NCBI RefSeq assembly: GCF_963921235.1
Contig: NC_086097.1
Coordinates: forward strand, 70,992,001-71,056,000
Length of the DNA stretch: 64,000 bases
Reading direction: 5' to 3'
Origin: Mobula hypostoma
Taxonomy: Eukaryota
Shown: piece after piece, positions 30,001 to 41,083 of the stretch
How positions within the stretch are numbered: the stretch's first letter is position 1
Layout of the letters: each line of letters begins with the position of its first letter
The notes under the pieces: model-generated
Told to the model about the DNA's origin: nothing
What the model saw: the letters and a program-made list of their open reading frames with translations, nothing else
Databases searched by the model: none
Program-made: the position numbers and the translations under genes

Positions 30001-33000
30001 TACAGTGTTCCACCGCGTCTCGGTGCCCTCCAAACCAGCACAGATTACAGCGTTCCACCGCGTCACTGTGCCCTCCAACCCAGCACGGATTACAGCGTTC
30101 CACCGCGTCTCTGTGCCCTCCAACCCAGCACAGATTTCAGCGTGCCACTGCGTCTCTGTTCCCTCCAACCCAGCGCGGATTACAGCGTGCCACCGCGTCT
30201 CTGTGCCGTCCAACCCAGCACAGATTACACCGTTCCACCTCGTCTCTGTTCTCTCTAAACCAGCATGGATTACACCGTGCCACCGCGTGCCTGTTCCCTC
30301 CAACCCAGCACGGATTACAGCGTGCCGCCGCGTCTCTGTTCCCTCCAACCCAGTGCGGATTACAGCGTTCCACCGCGTCTCTGTGCCCTCCAACCCAGCA
30401 CAGATTACAGCGTGCCACCGCGTCTCTGTGCCGTCCAACCCAGCACGGATTACACCGTTCCACCTCGTCTCTGTTCTCTCTAAACCAGCATGGATTACAC
30501 CGTGCCACCGCGTCTCTGTTCCCTCTAACCCAGCCCGTATTACACTGTGCCGCCGCGTCTCTATTCCCTCCAACCCAGCGTGGATTACAGCGTACCACCG
30601 CGTCTCTGTTCCCTCCAACCCAGCGTGGATTACAGCGTACCACCGCGTCTCTGTTCCCTCCAACCCAGCATGGATTACACCGTGCCACCACGTCTCTGTT
30701 CCCTCCAACCCAGCACGTATTACACAGTGCCACCGCGTCTCTGTTCTCTCCAACCCAGCACGGATTACAGTGTTCCACCGCCTCTCTGTGCCCTCCAACC
30801 CAGCACGGATTACAGCGTTCCACTGCGTCTCTGTGCCCTCCAACCCAGCACGGATTACAACGTGCCACCGCGTCTCTGTGCCCTCCAACCCAGCACAGAT
30901 TTCACCGTGCCATCGCGTCTCCGGTCTCTCCAACCCAGCACGGATTACAACGTGCCACCGCGTCTCTGTGCCCTCCAACCCAGCTCAGATTACAGCGTTC
31001 CACCGCGTCTCTGTGCCCTCCAACCCAGCGCGGATTACACTGTGCCACCGCGTCTCTGTGCCCTCCAACCCAGCACAGATTACAGCGTTCCACCGCGTCT
31101 CTGTGCCCTCCAACCCAGCACGGATTACACTGTGCCACCGCCTCACTGTGCCCTCCAACCCAGCACAGATTTCACCGTGCCACCGCGTCTCTGTGCCCTC
31201 CAACCCAGCACGGATTACAGCGTTCCACCGCGTCTCTGTGCCCTCCAACCCAGCGCGGATTACAGCGTTCCACCGCGTCTCTGTTCTCTCCAACCCAGCA
31301 CGGATTACACCGTGCCACCGCGTCTCTGTTCCCTCCAACCCAGCGCGGATTACAGCGTGCCACCGCGTCTCTATGCCGTCGAACCCAGCACGGATTACAG
31401 CGTTCCACAGCGTCTCTGTTCCCTCCAACCCAGCGCGGATTACACCATGCCACCGCGTCTCTGTTCCCTCCAACCCAGCACGGATTACAGCGTGCCACCG
31501 CGTCACTCTCCCTCCAAACCAGCACAGATTTCACCGTGCCACCGCGTCTCTGTGCCCTCCAACCCAGCGCGGATTACAGCGTTCCACCGCGTCTCTGTTC
31601 TCTCCAACCCAGCACGGATTACAGCGTGCCACCGCGTCTCTGTGCCCTCCAACCCAGCGCGGATTACAGCGTTCCACCGCGTCTCTGTTCTCTCCAACCC
31701 AGCACGGATTACACCGTGCCACCGCGTCTCTGTTCCTTCCAACCCAGCACGGATTACAGCGTGCCACCGCGTCTCTATGCCGTCGAACCCAGCACGGATT
31801 ACAGCGTTCCACAGCGTCTCTGTTCCCTCCAACCCAACGCGGATTACACCGTGCCACCGCGTCTCTGTTCCCTCCAACCCAGCACGGATTACAGCGTGCC
31901 ACCGCGTCACTCTCCCTCCAAACCAGCACGGATTACACCGTGCCACCGCGTCTCTGTTCCCTCCAACCCAGCATGGATTACACCGTCCCACCGCGACTCT
32001 GTTCTATCCAACCCAGCACGGATTACACAGTGCCGCCGCGTCTCTGTTCTCTCCAACCCAGCACGGATTACACCGTCCCGCCGCGTCTCTGTTCTCTCCA
32101 ACCCAGCACGGATTACAGCGTGCTACGCGTCACTATTCCCTCCAAACCAGCACGGATTACAGCGTTCCACCGCGTCTCTGTGCCCTCCAACCCAGCACGG
32201 ATTACAGCGTTCCACCGCGTCTCTGTGCCCTCCAACCCAGCACAGATTACAGCGTTCCACCGCGTCTCTGTTCCCTCCAACCCAGCACGGATTACAGCGT
32301 GCCACCGCGTCTCTGTGCCCTCCAACCCAGCACAGATTACAGCTTGCCACCGCGTCTCTCTTCCCTCCAACCCAGCACGGATTACACCGTGCCACCGCGT
32401 CTCTGTTCCGTCCAACCCAGCACGGATTACACCGTGCCACCGCGTCTCTGTTCTCTCCAACCCAGCACAGATTACAGCGTTCCACCGCGTCTCTGTTCCC
32501 TCCAACCCAGCACAGATTACAGCGTTCCACCGCGTCTCTGTTCTCTCCAACCCAGCACAGATTACAGCGTTCCACCGCGTCACTGTGCCCTCCAACCCAG
32601 CACGGATTACACCGTGTCACCGCCTCACTGTTCTCTCCAACCTAGCACGGATTACAGCGTGCCGCTGCGTCTCTGTTCCCTCCAACCCAGCGCAGATTAC
32701 ACCGTTCCACCGCGTCACTGTTCCCTCTAACCCAGCGCGGATTACACCGTGCCACCGCCTCACTGTTCTCTCCAACCCAGCACGGATTACAGCGTTCCAC
32801 CGCGTCACTGTGCCCTCCAACCCAACACGGATTACAGCGTGCCACCGCGTCTCTGTTCGCTCCAACCCAGTGCGGATTACAGCGTTCCACCGCGTCACTG
32901 TTCCCTCCAACCCAGTGCGGATTACAGCGTTCCACCGCGTCACTGTTCCCTCCAACCCAGCAAGGATTACACCGTGCCACCGCGTCTCTGTTTTCTCCAA

Positions 33001-36000
33001 CCCAGCGCAGATTACACCGTTCCACCGCGTCACTGTTCCCTCTAACCCAGCGCGGATTACACCGTGCCACCGTGTCTCTGTTCTCTCCAACCCAGCACGG
33101 ATTACACCGTGCCGCCGCGTCACTGTTCCCTCCAACCCAGCACGGATTACACCGTGCCACCGTGTCTCTGTTCCCTCCAACCCAGCACGGATTAAACCGT
33201 GTCACCGCGTCTCTGTTCTCTCCAACCCAGCACAGATTACAGCGTTCCACCGCGTCTCTGTGCCCTCCAACCCAGCACGGATTACAGCGTTCCACCGCGT
33301 CTCTGTTCCCTCCAACCCAGCACGGATTAAACCGTGCCACCGCGTCTCTGTGCCCTCCAACCCAGCACAGATTACAGCGTTCCACCGCGTCTCTGTGTTC
33401 TCCAACCCAGCACGGATTACACCGTGCCACCGCGTCTCTGTGCCCTCCAACCCAGCACAGATTACAGCGTGTCACCTCGTCTCTGTTCTCTCCAACCCAG
33501 CACAGATTACAGCGTTCCACCGCGTCACTGTGCCCTCCAACCCAGCACGGATTACCCCGTGTCACCGCCTTACTGTTCTCTCCAACCCAGCACGGATTTC
33601 AGCGTTCCACCGCGTCACTGTTCCCTCCACCCAGCGCGGATTACAGCGTTCCACCGCGTCTCTGTTTTCTCCAACCCAGCACGGATTACACAGTGCCGCC
33701 GCGTCTCTGTTCTCTCCAACCCAGCGCGTATTACACCGTGCCACCGCGTCACTGTTCCCTCCAACCCAGCATGGATTACAGCGTGCCACCGCGTCTCCGT
33801 TCCCTCCAACCCAGCGTGGATTACAGCGTGCCACCGCGTGTCTGTTCCCTCCAACCCAGCACGGATTACACCGTGCCACCACGTCTCTGTTCCCTCCAAC
33901 CCAGCACGTATTACACAGTGCCACCGCGTCTCTGCTCTCTCCAACCCAGCACGGATTACAGCGTGCCACCACGTCTCACAGCGTGCCACCACGTCTCTGT
34001 GCCCTCCAACCCAGCACGGACTACAGCGTGCCAACGCGTCTCTGTTCCCTCCAACCCAGCGCGGATTTCAGCGTGCCACCGCGTCTCTGTTCTGTCCAAC
34101 CCAGCACGGATTTCAGTGTGCCACCGCGTCTCCGTTCCCTCCAACCCAGCACGGATTACAGCGTGCCACCGCGTCTCCGTTCCCTCCAACCCAGCACGGA
34201 TTACACCGTGTCACCGCGTCTCTGTTCCCTCCAACCTAGCGCGGATTACAGCGTGTCGCCGCGTCTCTGTTCTCTCCAACCCAGCACGGATTACACTGTG
34301 CCACCGCGTCACTGTGCCCTCAAACCTAGCGCGGATTACACCGTCCCACCGCGTCTCTGTTCCCTGCAACCCAGCACAGATTACAGCGTGCCACCGCGTC
34401 ACTGTTCTTTCCAATTTAGCGCGGATTACAGCGTTGCACTGCGTCTCTGTGCCCTCCAACCCAGCACGGATTTCACCGTGCCACCGCGTCTCTGTGCCCT
34501 CCAACCCAGCACAGATTACAGCGTTCCACCGTGTCTCTGTGCCCTCCAACACAGCACGGATTACAGCGTTGCACTGCGTCTCTGTGCCCTCCAACCCAGC
34601 ACGGATTACAGCGTGCCACCGCGTCTCTGTGCCCTCCAACCCAGCATGGATTTCACCGTGCCACCGCGTCTCTGTGCCCTCCAACCCAGCACAGATTACA
34701 GCATTCCACCGTGTCTCTGTGCCCTCCAACCCAGCACAGATTACAGCGTGCCACCGCGTCTCTGTGCCCTCCAACCCAGCACAGATTACAGCGTGCCACC
34801 GCGTCTCTGTGCCCTCCAACCCAGCACGGATTACACAGTGCCACCGCGTCTCTGTTCCCTCCAACCCAGCACGGATTACAGCGTGCCACCGCGTCTCTGT
34901 TCCCACCAACCCAGCACGGATTGCACCGTGCCACCGCCTCACTGTTCTCTCCAACCCAGCATGGATTTCAGCCTGCCACTGTGTCTCTGTTCCCTGCAAC
35001 TCAGTGCGGATTACACCGTGCCACTGCGTCACTGTGCCCTCCAACCTAGCGCGGATTACAGCGTGCCACCGCGTCTCTGTTCCCTCCAACCCAGCACGGA
35101 TTACAGCGTGTCGCCGCGTCTCTGTGCCTTCCAACCCAGCACGGATTACACCGTGCCACCGCGTCTCTGTTCTCTCCAAGCCAGCGCGGATTACAGCGTG
35201 CCACCGCGTCTCTGTTCCCTCCAACCCAGCACGGATTACAGCATTCCACCGCGTCACTGTTCCCTCCAACCCAGCGCGGATTACACCGTGCCGCCGCGTC
35301 TCTGTTCCCTCCATACCAGCGCGGATTTACAGCGTGCCACCGCGTCACTGTTCCCTCCAACCCAGCACGGATTACACCATGCCACCGCGTCTCTGTGCCC
35401 TACAACCCAGCATGGATTACAGCGTTCCACCGCGTCTCTGTGCCCTCCAACCCAGCACGGATTACAGCGTTCCACCGCGTCACTGTTCTCTCCAACCCAG
35501 CACGGATTACACCGTGTCACCGCGTCTCTGTTCTCTCCAACCCAGCACGGATTACAGCATGCCACCGCGTCTCTGTTCTCTCCAACCCAGCGCGGATTAC
35601 AGCGTGCCACCGCGTCTCTGTTCCCTCCAACCCAGCGCGGATTACACTGTGCCACTGCGTCTCTCTTCCCTCCAACCCAGCGCGGATTACAGCGTGCCAC
35701 CGCGTCTCTGTTCCCTCCAACCCAGCACGGATTACACCGTCCCACCGCGTCTCTGTTCCCTCCAACCCAGCGCGGATTACAGCGTGCCACCGCGTCTCTG
35801 TTCCCTCCAACCCAGCGCGGATTACAGCGTGTCACCGCGTCTCTGTTCCCTCCAACCCAGCGCGGATTACAGCGTGCCACCGCGTCTCTGTTCCCTCCAA
35901 CCCAGCACGGATTACAGCGTGCCAGCGCGTCTCTGTTCCCTCCAACCCAGCACAGATTACACCGTGCCACCGCGTCTCTGTTCCCTCCAACCCAGCGCGG

Positions 36001-39000
36001 ATTACAGCGTTCCACCGCGTCTCTGTTCCCTCCAACCCAGCGCGGATTACACCATGCCACCGCGTCTCTGTTCCCACCAACCCAGCACGGATTACACCGT
36101 GGCACCGTGTCACTCTCCCTCCAAACCAGCACGGATTACACCGTGCCAACACGTCACAGTGCCCTCCAACACAGCACGGATTACAGCGTTCCACCGCGTC
36201 TCTGTGCCCTCCAACCCAGCACGGATTACAGCGTTCCACCGCGTCTCTGTGCCCTCCAACCCAGCACGGATTACACCGTGCCACCGCGTCTCTGTTCTCT
36301 CCAACCCAGCATGGATTACAGCGTTCCACGGCGTCTCTGTTCCCTCCAACCCAGCACAGATTACAGCGTTCCACCGCGTCACTGTTCTCTCCAACCCAGC
36401 ACGGATTACAGCGTGCCACCGCGTCTCTGTTCCGTCCAACCCAGCACGGATTACACCGTGCCACCGCGTCACTGTGCCCTCCAACCCAGCACGGATTACA
36501 GCGTTCCACCGCGTCTCTGTGCCCTCCAACCCAGCACGGATTACACCGTGCCACCGCGTCTCTGTTCTCTCCAACCCAGCACGGATTACAGCGTTCCACG
36601 GCGTCTCTGTTCCCTCCAACCCAGCACAGATTACAGCGTTCCACCGCGTCACTGTTCTCTCCAACCCAGCACGGATTACAGCGTGCCACCGCGTCTCTGT
36701 TCCGTCCAACCCAGCACGGATTACACCGTGCCACCGCGTCTCTGTTCCGTCCAACCCAGCGCGGATTACACCGTGCCACCGCGTCTCTGTGCCCTCCAAC
36801 CCAGCACGGATTTCACCGTGCCACCACGTCTCTGTGCCCTCCAACCCAGCACGGATTTCACCGTGCCACCACGTCTCTGTGCCCTCCAACCCAGCACGGA
36901 TTACACCGTGCCACCGCGTCTCTGTTCTCTCCAACCCAGCACGGATTACACCGTGCCACCGCGTCTCTGTTCTCTCCAACCCAGCACGGATTACACCGTG
37001 CCGCCGCGTCTGTTCTCTCCAACCCAGCACGGATTACACCGTGCCACCGCGTCACTGTGCCCTCCAACCCAGCACGGATTACAGCGTGCCACCGCGTCTC
37101 TGTTCTCTCCAACCCAGCACCGATTACACCGTGCCACCGCGTCTCTGTTCTCTCCAACCCAGCGCGGATTACAGCGTGCCACGGCGTCTCTGTTCTCTCC
37201 AACCCAGCGCGGATTACAGCGTGCCACCACGTCTCTGTGCCCTCCAACCCAGCACGGATTACAGCGTGCCACCGCGGCACTGTTCCCTCCAACCCAGCGC
37301 GGATTACACCGTGCCACCGCGTCTCTGTGCCCTCCAACCCAGCACGGATTTCACCGTGCCACTGCGTCTCTGTGCCCTCCAACCCAGCACGGATTACAGC
37401 GTTCCACCGCGTCTCTGTGCCCTCCAACCCAGCACGGATTACAGCGTTCCACCGCGTCTCTGTGCCCTCCAAACCAGCATGGATTACAGCGTGCCACCGC
37501 GTCTCTGTTCTCTCCAACCCAGCACGGATTACACCGTTCCACCGCGTCTCTGTTTTCTCCAACCCAGCGCGGATTACACCGTGCCACCGCGTCTCTGTTC
37601 TCTCCAACCCAGCACGGATTACAGCGTTCCACGGCGTCTCTGTTCCCTCCAACCCAGCACAGATTACAGCGTTCCACCGCGTCACTGTTCTCTCCAACCC
37701 AGCACGGATTACAGCGTGCCACCGCGTCTCTGTTCCGTCCAACCCAGCACGGATTACACCGTGCCACCGCGTCTCTGTTCCGTCCAACCCAGCGCGGATT
37801 ACACCGTGCCACCGCGTCTCTGTGCCCTCCAACCCAGCACGGATTTCACCGTGCCACCACGTCTCTGTGCCCTCCAACCCAGCACGGATTTCACCGTGCC
37901 ACCACGTCTCTGTGCCCTCCAACCCAGCACGGATTACACCGTGCCACCGCGTCTCTGTTCTCTCCAACCCAGCACGGATTACACCGTGCCACCGCGTCTC
38001 TGTTCTCTCCAACCCAGCACGGATTACACCGTGCCGCCGCGTCTCTGTTCTCTCCAACCCAGCACGGATTACACCGTGCCACCGCGTCACTGTGCCCTCC
38101 AACCCAGCACGGATTACAGCGTGCCACCGCGTCTCTGTTCTCTCCAACCCAGCACCGATTATACCGTGCCACCGCGTCTCTGTTCTCTCCAACCCAGCGC
38201 GGATTACAGCGTGCCACGGCGTCTCTGTTCTCTCCAACCCAGCGCGGATTACAGCGTGCCACCACGTCTCTGTGCCCTCCAACCCAGCACGGATTACAGC
38301 GTGCCACCGCGGCACTGTTCCCTCCAACCCAGCGCGGATTACACCGTGCCACCGCGTCTCTGTGCCCTCCAACCCAGCACGGATTTCACCGTGCCACTGC
38401 GTCTCTGTGCCCTCCAACCCAGCACGGATTACAGCGTTCCACCGCGTCTCTGTGCCCTCCAACCCAGCACGGATTACAGCTTTCCACCGCGTCTCTGTGC
38501 CCTCCAAACCAGCATGGATTACAGCGTGCCACCGCGTCTCTGTTCTCTCCAACCCAGCACTAATTACACCGTTCCACCGCGTCTCTGTTTTCTCCAACCC
38601 AGCGCGGATTACACCGTGCCACCGCGTCACTGTTCTCTCCAAACCAGCGCGGATTACACCGTGCCGCCGCGTCTCTGTTCCCTCCAACCCAGCACGGATT
38701 ACACCGTGACACCACGTCTCTGTTCTCTCCAACCCAGCGCGGATTACACCGTGTCACCGCGTCTCCGTTCCCTCCAACCCAGCACGGATTACAGCGTGCC
38801 ACCGCGTCACTGTTCTCTCCAACCCAGCGCGGATTACACCGTGCCGCTGCATCTCTGTTCCGTCCAACCCAGCACGGATTACACCGTGCCACCGCGTCAC
38901 TGTGCCCTCCAACCCAGCACGGATTACAGCGTTCCACTGCGTCTCTGTGCCCTCCAACCCAGCACGGATTACACCGTGCCACCGCGTCTCTGTTCTCTCC

Positions 39001-40665
39001 AACCCAGCACGGATTACAGCGTTCCACGGCTTCTCTGTTCCCTCCAACCCAGCACAGATTACAGCGTTCCACCGCGTCACTGTTCTCTCCAACCCAGCAC
39101 GGATTACAGCGTGCCACCGCGTCTCTGTTCCGTCCAACCCAGCACGGATTACACCGTGCCACCGCGTCTCTGTTCCGTCCAACCCAGCGCGGATTACACC
39201 GTGCCACCGCGTCTCTGTGCCCTCCAACCCAGCACGGATTTCACCGTACCACCACGTCTCTGTGCCCTCCAACCCAGCACGGATTTCACCGTGCCACCAC
39301 GTCTCTGTGCCCTCCAACCCAGCACGGATTACACCGTGCCACCGCGTCTCTGTTCTCTCCAACCCAGCACGGATTACACCGTGCCACCGCGTCTCTGTTC
39401 TCTCCAACCCAGCACGGATTACACCGTGCCGCCGCGTCTCTGTTCTCTCCAACCCAGCACGGATTACACCGTGCCACCGCGTCACTGTGCCCTCCAACCC
39501 AGCACGGATTACAGCGTGCCACCGCGTCTCTGTTCTCTCCAACCCAGCACCGATTATACCGTGCCACCGCGTCTCTGTTCTCTCCAACCCAGCGCGGATT
39601 ACAGCGTGCCACGGCGTCTCTGTTCTCTCCAACCCAGCGCGGATTACAGCGTGCCACCACGTCTCTGTGCCCTCCAACCCAGCACGGATTACAGCGTGCC
39701 ACCGCGGCACTGTTCCCTCCAACCCAGCGCGGATTGCACCGTGCCACCGCGTCTCTGTGCCCTCCAACCCAGCACGGATTTCACCGTGCCACTGCGTCTC
39801 TGTGCCCTCCAACCCAGCACGGATTACAGCGTTCCACCGCGTCTCTGTGCCCTCCAACCCAGCACGGATTACAGCGTTCCACCGCGTCTCTGTGCCCTCC
39901 AAACCAGCATGGATTACAGCGTGCCACCGCGTCTCTGTTCTCTCCAACCCAGCACGGATTACACCGTTCCACCGCGTCTCTGTTTTCTCCAACCCAGCGC
40001 GGATTACACCGTGCCACCGCGTCACTGTTCTCTCCAAACCAGCGCGGATTACACCGTGCCGCCGCGTCTCTGTTCCCTCCAACCCAGCACGGATTACACC
40101 GTGACACCACGTCTCTGTTCTCTCCAACCCAGCGCGGATTACACCGTGTCACCGCGTCTCCGTTCCCTCCAACCCAGCACGGATTACAGCGTGCCACCGC
40201 GTCACTGTTCTCTCCAACCCAGCGCGGATTACACCGTGCCGCCGCATCTCTGTTCCGTCCAACCCAGCACGGATTATACCGTGCCACTGCGTCACTGTGC
40301 CCTCCAACGCAGCATGGATTACACCGTGTCACCGCGTCTCTGTTCTCTCCAACCCAGCATGGATTACAGCGTGCCGCCGCGTCTCTGTTCTCTCCAACCC
40401 AGCACGGATTACACCGTGCCACTGCGTCTCTGTGCCGTCGAACCCAGCACGGATTACACCGTGCCGCCGCGTCTCTGTGCCCTCCAACCCAGCACGGATT
40501 ACAGCGTGTCACCGCGTCTCTGTTCCCTCCAACCCAGCACGGATTACAGCGTGTCACCGCGTCTCTGTTCCCTCCAACCCAGCACGGATTACAGCGTGTC
40601 ACCGCGTCTCTGTTCCCTCCAACCCAGCACGGATTTCAGTGTGCCACCGCGTCTCTGTTCTCTCC
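1..40665. repeat. 45-bp tandem satellite array, ~900 monomers, truncated by the left window edge
   Basis: Consensus CCAACCCAGCACGGATTACAGCGTGCCACCGCGTCTCTGTTCCCT repeats head-to-tail with point variants and rare small indels; it ends abruptly at ...GTCTCTGTTCTCTCC (~40665). The consensus is 62% GC with 4 CpG per unit. Confidence 0.99.
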
Positions 40666-41011
40666 CATACCTCCTCCGGGTGGCTGTAGCAGGCGATGCC
40701 ACAGCATGAGGGCTTGGTCCATACGACAACTGAGGCCGCACAGCTGCCCCTCCGTCTCACCTGTGAACCGGACTCGCAGTATTTTATATTTCTGATCTTC
40801 AACAGGGTTTATTTATTTATTTTTTTTCTTCTCATTCTGTATTTGCACAATTTTTTTGTCATTTGCACGATGGTTGTTTAACTGTTTTCGTTTCTGTGTA
40901 GTTTTCCATTGATTCTGTTGGGTTTCTTTGTATTTATTGTGAATGCCCACAAGAAAATGAATCTCACGGTGACATATATGTACTTGGATAATAAATTTAT
41001 GTTGAGCTTTA
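40666..41011 (+). repeat. Putative 3' portion of an interspersed non-LTR/SINE-like repeat abutting the satellite
   Basis: GC-rich stretch, then T-rich sequence, then ...GAAAATGAATCTCACGGTGACATATATGTACTTGGATAATAAATTTATGTTGAGCTTT, a tail pattern I recall from elasmobranch interspersed repeats. Family not verified. Confidence 0.45.
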
Positions 41012-41083
41012 AACAATTGGAAATTATTATAGATGCCGGAAACCATATATAAAATATTTAAATCAGGCTTCACCTGTGGATAG

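Noticed and set aside
1..40665. CRISPR array
   Set aside because: No unique spacers and no cas genes; the context is a eukaryotic intron-exon gene.
1..40665. Primate Alu elements or human contamination (GGATTACAG...GCCACCGCG)
   Set aside because: Only a short motif resembles Alu; there is no dimeric 300-bp structure or poly(A), and the flanking repeats are non-mammalian. The residual similarity is kept as the 7SL hypothesis.
1..40665. Centromere assignment
   Set aside because: Not supportable from sequence alone; the array borders intact exons and no CENP-A data are available.
41..40795. Giant ORFs up to 6674 aa (PSTDYSVPPRLCSLQ, NPARITACHRVSVPS, GLEGTETRWHAVIRA repeats) as mucin-like or other repeat proteins
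   Set aside because: The 45-bp unit is a multiple of 3 and lacks stops in five of six frames. ORFs switch peptide repeat at indels, overlap on both strands and have no unique domain.
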